Sequence record: SRR22947727_1615
DNA: 44,394 nucleotides
Direction: 5' to 3' (one strand)
Part shown: one piece after another, positions 1-6,835 of the stretch
Layout of the letters: the number at the start of each line of letters is the position of its first letter
How positions within the stretch are numbered: position 1 is the stretch's first letter
Translations under genes and position numbers: made by a program
The notes under the pieces: generated by a model
Told to the model about the DNA's origin: nothing
Databases searched by the model: none
The model's input: the letters and a program-made list of their open reading frames with translations, nothing else

Positions 1-522
1 GACGTAACAAATTCGTGCAGTCGTTATCCATTGCGTGACAGCACCATGCTGTTGTTTACGCACTTGTGTGGATTACGTGTTGGTGAAGTAGCTGCACTGC
101 GCTTTGACGACGTATTAGATGCAAACGACACTGTGCGAGACGAAATGACACTAGATGCAGCACGTACCAAGTCCAAACGAGCACGTAAGATATTCCTTCC
201 AAAGCAAATGCAGCGTCAGCTACAAGCATACGTTAGCAGCATCTCTCAGCGCTCAAAGCACGGTTATTTGTTTTCTACACAAAAGAGTGCAAGGTTTAGT
301 GCGAACACTGCTACACAACATCTACAACGCTTGTATGCACGTGCTGGAATTGCTGGCGCTACGTCACACAGTGGCAGACGCACTTGGTTAACTACGTTAA
401 GTCAGAAAGGTGTTTCAGTGTTTGTGTTAGCTGATATGGCTGGACATCGTAGCATTCAGACAACTCAGCGTTACGTTACAGTCAATGACGAGATGAAGCG
501 TAATGCTGCTGAATTGATTTAG
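1..522 (+). CDS. Small catalytic-domain-only tyrosine recombinase (5' end outside the window)
   Basis: Frame open from base 1; motifs GLRVGE, TKSK, SHSGRR, AGHRSIQTTQRY give R-K-H-R-H-Y; paralogous to 6111-6680. Confidence 0.92.
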   Translation, partial: DVTNSCSRYPLRDSTMLLFTHLCGLRVGEVAALRFDDVLDANDTVRDEMTLDAARTKSKRARKIFLPKQMQRQLQAYVSSISQRSKHGYLFSTQKSARFSANTATQHLQRLYARAGIAGATSHSGRRTWLTTLSQKGVSVFVLADMAGHRSIQTTQRYVTVNDEMKRNAAELI

Positions 523-1754
523 ATAACTTCAATCGTGCCATCTTCTCTGCGTCTGTAGTCAGCTACAGCGTTGGTTAAACGTATTTCGTCGTTAAGGTGG
601 TAATACGTTTTTTCAATCTGCGCCACGCTAGTGCCACACATATCTGCAATCTTCCTAAACGTTAAGCCACTCATAATACGCTGCGTAATCATAAAGTGAC
701 GTAGGCTGTAGGGAACTAAGTCACGTGTTTCCCTATCTGCAATATCAGCTAACTTAATCATCTTGTGGAAGTGGTATAGCAGCGTACGTTTGCTTAGTTC
801 GTTCTCGTTATCCACTGTAAAGATAAGTTCGTCAGCAGTTTTAGGTTTAGATATTTCACGCAAGCGTTCAAAGTACTGTCCATTGCGACACAAGAAGGTG
901 CGACTTGTACGCACTTTACTTGTCTCAGCGCGAACGTGGATACGTGCAAGCTTTTGTTGTTCGCCATTCACTTTGTGCTGTTCAATCTGCACATCACTCC
1001 AACGTAACTGTCGCTGTTCGCCAACTCGTAAACTACTGTTAGCTGCGATTAGCACGTAGTGCTGCACGATTTTTCGCACTCTAAGTTCTGTATCATCTAT
1101 GTTGTTGTGTTTGGCAGTATAGGTACGCATAGCACGGTACAGTGCTTCGTATTCATCGTTAGTTAGTGTTGCACGACGAATAGCTTCATTGCCTTTATCT
1201 AAGCGTGGTAGCTTCTTAAAGTCGAAGCCATCGATGTGTGTTTCGCCATTCTTATGCAGCCACTTCATCAGTGCATTAATTGTGCTTTGTTCGTTTTGCA
1301 CAGTGACTTGTTTGACGTTGCCGTTTGTAGCTTTGTGGCGATGGTAGAAGTAGTTTTCGCAGTCAGTGCGTTCTAATTCTTTCAGCTTAGTGTCTTTGCC
1401 AATGTAGCTTAGAAAGTGCTGTAAGTGCGTTGCGATTGTTGTGTGTCGTCCTTTGACTATGTGTCCAAGTTCAACGTCTCGCATACGAAAGCTAAGATAC
1501 TTCTCCACACCTTCTTTTGTGGTTATGGAGAAGTAGGATTTACCTTGTTGCAGATTAGCGTAAATCTCTAAGTACGCAGCTTTACCCTTTTCAATTGCAG
1601 TAGCTTCGCTGCGTGTGCGTAGGCTTTTACGTGCGTACTTGTTTTCTTTTGGCAACCACATACGAAACTGCCAATACTCACCTCGCTTGTAGATACAAGC
1701 TTCGTCAAATATGGCTATTTCGCCTTCAGCGAATTGCTGTTTCTTCAGTGCCAA
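519..1754 (-). CDS. Tyrosine integrase with N-terminal arm-binding-like domain
   Basis: 411 aa; WQFRMWL...KSLRT N-terminus, SLRVGEQRQLRWSDV, TSKVR, YSLRH, CGTSVAQIEKTY; adjacent to att site; TTG start. Confidence 0.92.
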   Translation of the reverse strand: MALKKQQFAEGEIAIFDEACIYKRGEYWQFRMWLPKENKYARKSLRTRSEATAIEKGKAAYLEIYANLQQGKSYFSITTKEGVEKYLSFRMRDVELGHIVKGRHTTIATHLQHFLSYIGKDTKLKELERTDCENYFYHRHKATNGNVKQVTVQNEQSTINALMKWLHKNGETHIDGFDFKKLPRLDKGNEAIRRATLTNDEYEALYRAMRTYTAKHNNIDDTELRVRKIVQHYVLIAANSSLRVGEQRQLRWSDVQIEQHKVNGEQQKLARIHVRAETSKVRTSRTFLCRNGQYFERLREISKPKTADELIFTVDNENELSKRTLLYHFHKMIKLADIADRETRDLVPYSLRHFMITQRIMSGLTFRKIADMCGTSVAQIEKTYYHLNDEIRLTNAVADYRRREDGTIEVI

Positions 1755-1795
1755 ATCTTAGTCTCTGAGTTACTACGAGTTTCAGTAGTCACACG

Positions 1796-1879
1796 TTTGT
1801 GCAACATTTTGTGTAACTTTATGAAAAAAGACTAAGGAAATCAACGATTGATTTCTCAGTGTGAAAGTAATGTGTAAGT
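1796..1879. repeat. Putative integrase arm-type sites of the distal element (two direct-repeat pairs)
   Basis: TTTGTGCAAC (1796) / TTTGTGTAAC (1808) and TGTGAAAGT (1860) / TGTGTAAGT (1871); spacing and distance to the core mirror 8130-8211. Confidence 0.65.
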
Positions 1880-1917
1880 CAATAATTAAATTAAATCAAT
1901 AACATAAACTAGAAAAA

Positions 1918-1932
1918 CTACTCCCACTCAAT
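1918..1932 (-). repeat. att core: displaced copy of the guaA 3' end (hybrid junction between the two elements)
   Basis: Minus strand ATTGAGTGGGAGTAG = I-E-W-E-stop; 14 bp identical to 8252-8265. Confidence 0.92.
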
Positions 1933-1975
1933 AATACCTATATTGTAAGTCATTGTTATTAAATATCGTTCTATA

Positions 1976-1998
1976 TACTTTGTAAGTACTTTGTAAGT
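1976..1998. repeat. Arm-type tandem repeat at the distal end of the proximal element
   Basis: TACTTTGTAAGTACTTTGTAAGT identical to 8189-8211. Confidence 0.85.
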
Positions 1999-2062
1999 CA
2001 GCATGGTACTCTGCTTTGCAACCAATCTCTATGCATCACTACTCATTTGCAATAGAAACATA

Positions 2063-2093
2063 GCAAGTGGATACAAACCTTGCATCCACTTGC
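2063..2093 (-). terminator. 14-bp-stem hairpin; probable terminator of the 2121-2597 transcript (or a recombination site)
   Basis: GCAAGTGGATACAA-ACC-TTGCATCCACTTGC; the single mismatch is a G-U pair on the minus strand; followed by TATGTTTCT on the minus strand. Confidence 0.55.
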
Positions 2094-2120
2094 ATCAAGC
2101 ACTTTTAGCCAGATAAACCT

Positions 2121-2597
2121 CTAACGTGAAACCCACACAGCGTTCACATTCCCGTAAGCAGAGATGGAAATAGTTTTATCAAACTTATCTCTGAAATCTT
2201 TTGCATACTGTTTGTTATAAGACGAGCCATAGTAAATGTAGCCCCTCTTAGTCGCAAACCCGTCGCTTCCGCTTACCTCTATAGTAGAGATTTCGGCGCA
2301 TTTGCCTTGATACAATAGTCTTGCTCTCGCTTTTTTTTGGGGGCGGAGGTTCTGCTCATAGATGTTTGTTTGTTGAATAAATGCATTATCGATATCCAGC
2401 ATGTCTAAACTAAACATCGCATTCGTGAAAAATGTATCCGTTTTATTGTCCATCTCCCAAGAGATATGGGCAAATTTTTCCATAGTTTGTTCACATTTCA
2501 GAAACTTAAGATTAAATTCTGCGTAAGCTGTTTGCGGCAATAAGGCGATAAATGTTAGTAAACACGCACTTTTGATTTTCACTGAACGCTTCGGCAT
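2121..2597 (-). CDS. Hypothetical secreted/periplasmic protein (cargo)
   Basis: 158 aa; basic N-terminus, hydrophobic stretch and A-Y-A signal peptidase I site; AGGGA RBS. Confidence 0.75.
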   Translation of the reverse strand: MPKRSVKIKSACLLTFIALLPQTAYAEFNLKFLKCEQTMEKFAHISWEMDNKTDTFFTNAMFSLDMLDIDNAFIQQTNIYEQNLRPQKKARARLLYQGKCAEISTIEVSGSDGFATKRGYIYYGSSYNKQYAKDFRDKFDKTISISAYGNVNAVWVSR

Positions 2598-2713
2598 CTC
2601 ATGTTCCCTTGTGTGTTATTGTTGTTCTGAAAAAGTATCATTATGGTATATCGAGTCAAGTCTTGAATAGATAATAAACTTGCATCCACATTTTCAATGT
2701 CATTGTAAGCAAG

Positions 2714-2890
2714 TTAGCCTTCCAACTGCTTCATCGCTTTGCCTCTTATATCACCTTTTGTAAGGTTGAATTCGAGTATCAGTCTCTTAACTGTAGCAAC
2801 TGCCTCTTTCTTGTGTGCTTTCACTGCCTTCTTTTCTTCTTCAGCAAGTGCTTTTTGTTCTGCGTGTATCTCTGCTAGTGAACGTACCAT
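2714..2890 (-). CDS. 58-aa truncated H-NS-like protein (N-terminal oligomerisation region only); not in the ORF track
   Basis: Hand translation MVRSLAEIHAEQKALAEEEKKAVKAHKKEAVATVKRLILEFNLTKGDIRGKAMKQLEG; GAGGAG RBS; starts 15 bp after the upstream stop. Confidence 0.75.
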   Translation of the reverse strand: MVRSLAEIHAEQKALAEEEKKAVKAHKKEAVATVKRLILEFNLTKGDIRGKAMKQLEG

Positions 2891-2905
2891 TGTAGTCTCC
2901 TCTGT

Positions 2906-3682
2906 TTATCCAAACTTACCTTCAGCAACATTGCGTATCGCATCTACTGCTGTCTTCTTTTTGCGTGTGACAGCGACTGAGATTGTTCTTCGTTCGTCTG
3001 CCACAGTCATTGCTTGCTCATTTAGCGTATCTTCTTTGCGTTTTACAACTAAACCAACACGCTTCGCTATAACATAGTTGGAAAGTTTAACATTGTTACG
3101 TTCTTTGTTAAGCAACATTTCATACATATTAAATGCCATCTTGTATGTCTCAACATTGATAGGCTTGGATAACTTATATCGTGCATTAGAACGATTAGGG
3201 TTGCGTGTCTGTCTCCCTCTTTCGAACGTCATCTCTTTTGCAAAGATGCGTTCAATAGCAACATCAATCTGTTTGCGTGTAAGTGATTTAGGTATTCGTA
3301 TCAGCAAACTACTCACATCTTCAGACGACTGTATTGCTGTATCTCTGTCTTCAACAAGCATCACTTTGTTAGGGGTAGGGGCTTCAGCAAACAGATACTC
3401 ACCACGTGTCTCTGTGTCACTTACCTTACCTCTCCACCACTTTGTGAATGCAAGATACTTGTCACCTTCATAGCGTACATCACCAAAGTCTTCATACACT
3501 TGTCTAATACTGTCATTCGTTTTGAAACGATTTGCTGATGGATTGCTACAAATCTCAACGTAATCTGAGTTAAGAGTAAGTGCTAACCACCAATAGAAGT
3601 ATGGAGATTTTTCAATCTTACTTGCGATTGGATTGGCATAACTTCCAAAGGTTGGATGCTGTGTAATGAAGTATCTACGCAT
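2906..3682 (-). CDS. Hypothetical protein, putative transcriptional regulator with C-terminal HTH-like segment
   Basis: 258 aa; SPYFYWWLALTLNSDY, VYEDFGDV, FTKWW motifs; LSNYVIAKRVGL helix-turn-helix-like. Confidence 0.7.
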   Translation of the reverse strand: MRRYFITQHPTFGSYANPIASKIEKSPYFYWWLALTLNSDYVEICSNPSANRFKTNDSIRQVYEDFGDVRYEGDKYLAFTKWWRGKVSDTETRGEYLFAEAPTPNKVMLVEDRDTAIQSSEDVSSLLIRIPKSLTRKQIDVAIERIFAKEMTFERGRQTRNPNRSNARYKLSKPINVETYKMAFNMYEMLLNKERNNVKLSNYVIAKRVGLVVKRKEDTLNEQAMTVADERRTISVAVTRKKKTAVDAIRNVAEGKFG

Positions 3683-3979
3683 ATCTAATAGCCACTGAGT
3701 TTGCTTGCACTGTTCTCACTCTATCGGTGTTTCTGTTATCAGCAATTAAATCTTTTATTCAGCGACAGACTACCAACGTCTATTTTTATGAGATGATGTG
3801 TATATCGTCACATAAACAAGTAGAAAAAGTCGAGCGTACTGAAGTGTTATCACTCATCAAAATACTTAATCAGCGTTGGAATAGGAAACACTGTTTTTGT
3901 GCGATTATAGGTACATGGTTAAGCAAACGTTTAGCTAAAACTTAAAGAAAATTAAACGACTTCAAATTAAAAAGGAAAA

Positions 3980-4168
3980 ATGGAAATGACACACGCAGAA
4001 AAGTTAGATAATTTAGCTAGGTTGAAAAAGACTATGGCAAAGTATGAAGCACAAGCAGAGAAGTTCAAAGACACTAGAGAATTGCTTGCTAAATTTGGCA
4101 AACAACACGGCTACTGGCACTTAGGTAGTAAAATCAATCTCTTGGAAAAAGAATTAGGTTTTAGGTAG
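3980..4168 (+). CDS. Small basic helical hypothetical protein
   Basis: 62 aa; AAAGGA RBS directly upstream; divergent from 2906-3682. Confidence 0.65.
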   Translation: MEMTHAEKLDNLARLKKTMAKYEAQAEKFKDTRELLAKFGKQHGYWHLGSKINLLEKELGFR

Positions 4169-4343
4169 ACAGCGCAATGACAAATGAATTGAGATAGTTA
4201 TGCCTACATGAGTGATTGTATAGCTCACAGGTATTTTGATACAGCAAAACTATGCCACTCAGTTATTCTGTCAAATACCCTATCGCATGATATAAAACCG
4301 TACGTTCTTGTGCGTTTTTCGTGTGGTAGGTGTTGTGGCTGCG

Positions 4344-4748
4344 TTAGTTCGATAACGTTCCAACACTTCCTTGTGGCTTGATTGGCTGACTTGCTGGTTG
4401 CTTTGCCATAAAGTCATTGCGTACATTTTGAATATCGTTTGCTGATGTTGATGTAGAAGACACAGCATTGGATGTTTGTAAGTTCTTAGACTTAGGTGTT
4501 GGAGGAGGGGTAATAGAAGGAAAGTTCTTTACCTTCTTTGCTTTACTCTTAGCGTTTGGCTTGTACTTGATTGCGTCATTGTCATTAGCATTCAAACTCT
4601 TTGCGACACGTGTGTTTATTCTATCACTCAAATCCTTTGTTGCTGTTGTAAGCGTTAGTAAGTCATCCATAGTGTCTGCTAAAGTTGCTTCAAAACTCTG
4701 TTGTTTGACAATATCAATCAACTTTCTCATTTCATTTTTGTAATCCAT
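4344..4748 (-). CDS. Hypothetical protein with Lys/Pro/Ser-rich disordered C-terminal half
   Basis: 134 aa; AAGGA RBS; N-terminus MDYKNEMRKLIDIVKQQSFEA. Confidence 0.75.
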   Translation of the reverse strand: MDYKNEMRKLIDIVKQQSFEATLADTMDDLLTLTTATKDLSDRINTRVAKSLNANDNDAIKYKPNAKSKAKKVKNFPSITPPPTPKSKNLQTSNAVSSTSTSANDIQNVRNDFMAKQPASQPIKPQGSVGTLSN

Positions 4749-4854
4749 TGATGGTGTTCCTTAAAAGAGAGGTGGTGTAAAACTTGGTAGGGTGATTAGA
4801 TTTTGAAAGTACAAAAAACTGCACAGCAGATTTTTCTGACTGCAAATACCTTTT

Positions 4855-5199
4855 TCAATGTACTGTTGCCTTTGTCTTATCTTCCATCAAACGCATCCAC
4901 TTTGATGTGCTGTTGTCACAGATAATCAAGTCAAGTTTAGAAGAGTAGTTTGCAAATACGCTTGCCAACTCTGTCATCTGTGTTGTGTTCTTCTGCTGTA
5001 GCAACTTGCTGTAGTGCTTGAGTTTGCTACTACATACTGCCAAAGCATCAGTAGAAGGTTGCTTGTTTACGTGTTTGAGATAACGCACATACCCTTCGCT
5101 TCTGTTCAGCCAATCCTCGTAAAACTCTCGTTTTGTATCAACTATTCCTATGTTGGATAGCGTATTGAATATTTCGTTCAGTGCTGTCTGATTTTCCAT
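4855..5199 (-). CDS. DUF6626-like HTH-type hypothetical protein
   Basis: 114 aa; LNEIFNTL..GIV.TKREF..DWLNRSEGY....K....PS.DAL pattern recalled for DUF6626; GGAG RBS. Confidence 0.6.
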   Translation of the reverse strand: MENQTALNEIFNTLSNIGIVDTKREFYEDWLNRSEGYVRYLKHVNKQPSTDALAVCSSKLKHYSKLLQQKNTTQMTELASVFANYSSKLDLIICDNSTSKWMRLMEDKTKATVH

Positions 5200-5280
5200 T
5201 TCTACTCCGTTTGTTTCTAACTTGGATAAATAAATGTGCGTTAGAAAATACGCACAATGTATTTATGTGGATTATGAAAA

Positions 5281-5772
5281 ATGAAGTTCAAAACGAGTTA
5301 TGAAGTAGAAGCGTGTCAAAAGATGAAAGAGGCTGTTGGAGAGTGGATTAATACTCAACGCTTTCCACTCTTTGGTACGGCAACCTATCGTCATCCACAT
5401 CATATAAGAGTTGAAAAGGCACACAGAGATGCATCACACTTTACAAGGCTTTTAAGTAGAAAAGTATTAGGCAAGCACTCAGTAGATAGACAAGGCAAAT
5501 ACCTAACAACAATGATGTTCGTAGAACAAGGCAAAGACAGACGCAACACTCACATACACTTCTTCATCAAAGGCTACACCCTCAAACACACCAAAGGCAT
5601 AATCTATAACGCTAATCGTATTTGGAAATCTAAGATAGATAATGCGTTAGACGTAATGATATTAGACGAACGTGAGGCAGAGAGGCGTACATACACTATG
5701 AAGGAACAACTTGCTTTGGATGATGAGATAATAAGTCCAAAAGCGTGTTTCCTTCCACACCTTATACCATAA
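5281..5772 (+). CDS. Minimal HUH endonuclease (rolling-circle Rep/relaxase-like)
   Basis: 163 aa with the three RCR motifs in order: FGTATY (I), E....THIHFFI (II, HUH), YTMKE (III, YxxK). Confidence 0.75.
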   Translation: MKFKTSYEVEACQKMKEAVGEWINTQRFPLFGTATYRHPHHIRVEKAHRDASHFTRLLSRKVLGKHSVDRQGKYLTTMMFVEQGKDRRNTHIHFFIKGYTLKHTKGIIYNANRIWKSKIDNALDVMILDEREAERRTYTMKEQLALDDEIISPKACFLPHLIP

Positions 5773-5862
5773 GACAAAGACATAACGAGTAAGACTATAG
5801 TTTGCTACGCACTACCTAATGCACTTAGGGTAAATCCTTACAAGTATTTATAGAGAGATTTT

Positions 5863-5897
5863 AATAGCGTGTTTTGAAATATTCAGAACACGCTGTT
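5863..5897 (+). other. 16-bp-stem hairpin downstream of the HUH gene (terminator or origin hairpin)
   Basis: AATAGCGTGTTTTGAA-ATA-TTCAGAACACGCTGTT; both mismatches are G-T pairs on the + strand. Confidence 0.65.
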
Positions 5898-6110
5898 CTT
5901 GTAAGTACAAACACTACTCACACACATACAACTCAAACACACACAGTGAGTACATCATAGATACAATGTAAGGAAATATACAAAACATTACATTATCAAA
6001 TAACCAACTGAGATTGTTGATGAATATTTAGGACATCATATTGGTAGGAAGTAGAAACATAAGAAAGTAGTTTGTTTGTAGCGATATTATTACATTTTGA
6101 GGTGATTGTG

Positions 6111-6680
6111 ATGAAACAAGCAAAGGTACTTACTGACAAGGAACTTAAGAAAGTCATTGGCTACATTGATGCGTTTGACAGACACGCAGAACGCAACAAA
6201 GCAATAGTGCTACTTACACACTACTTAGGCTTACGCATATCTGAATGTGCAAGTCTGCTTGTCACAGATGTAGTGAATGACGAAGGTACAGTGAATGATG
6301 TTATTCTTCTTTCTGTTGAACAGACAAAAGGAAACAAGAGTAGAAGGGTATTTGTTAGCAAGAAGGCAAAGTCAGTACTTAAACAGTATCTGCAAAGCGA
6401 TTTAAGCGTCATACAGCACACATACTTATTCCAAACGCAAAAGAGTAAGCGTTTCAACACCAACGCACTGACGCAACTTGTAAAGCGTTTGTATGACAGA
6501 GTTGGTGTAGTTGGTGCAAGTTCGCACAGTGGCAGACGCACATTCATTACGAAACTCGCTACAAGTGGTGTAAGTGTGCGTGTGATTGCTGAGGCTGTTG
6601 GACACTCATCTATTGCTACTACACAGCGTTATATTGATGTGAATGACGAGTTGATTGGCAATGCTGTGGAACTTATATGA
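6111..6680 (+). CDS. Small catalytic-domain-only tyrosine recombinase
   Basis: 189 aa from ATG 6111 (GAGGTG RBS); GLRISE, TKG, SHSGRR, VGHSSIATTQRY. Confidence 0.93.
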   Translation: MKQAKVLTDKELKKVIGYIDAFDRHAERNKAIVLLTHYLGLRISECASLLVTDVVNDEGTVNDVILLSVEQTKGNKSRRVFVSKKAKSVLKQYLQSDLSVIQHTYLFQTQKSKRFNTNALTQLVKRLYDRVGVVGASSHSGRRTFITKLATSGVSVRVIAEAVGHSSIATTQRYIDVNDELIGNAVELI

Positions 6681-6835
6681 TGCGTAAGTCAAAGCACAAG
6701 TTAGAGAAAGAGTTGAAACGAGAAGAACGACACAAAGAGTGGATTAGGAAGAACTTGCGAAACACTGATATAGAACTAAAAAATCAAAAGAAGTTGCTGT
6801 TGCTATACACTAATCTCCGTACGCATCAGACATAG
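6677..6835 (+). CDS. Possible 52-aa highly basic protein coupled to the small recombinase
   Basis: ATGA overlap with the recombinase stop; MMRKSKHKLEKELKREERHKEWIRKNLRNTDIELKNQKKLLLLYTNLRTHQT. Confidence 0.35.
   Translation: MMRKSKHKLEKELKREERHKEWIRKNLRNTDIELKNQKKLLLLYTNLRTHQT

Larger units (their letters stand above)
1..1932. mobile_element. Distal guaA-targeting integrative element (partial; continues beyond the left edge)
   Basis: Integrase plus small recombinase pair in the same arrangement as 6111-8117, placed directly after a copy of the guaA 3' end (1918-1932); AT-rich. Confidence 0.85.

Noticed and set aside
2739-4743. ORFs 2739-3077, 3078-3473, 3727-3945, 4280-4468 and 4468-4743
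   Set aside because: Antisense or alternate-frame shadows of better supported genes, or lacking an RBS and recognisable features
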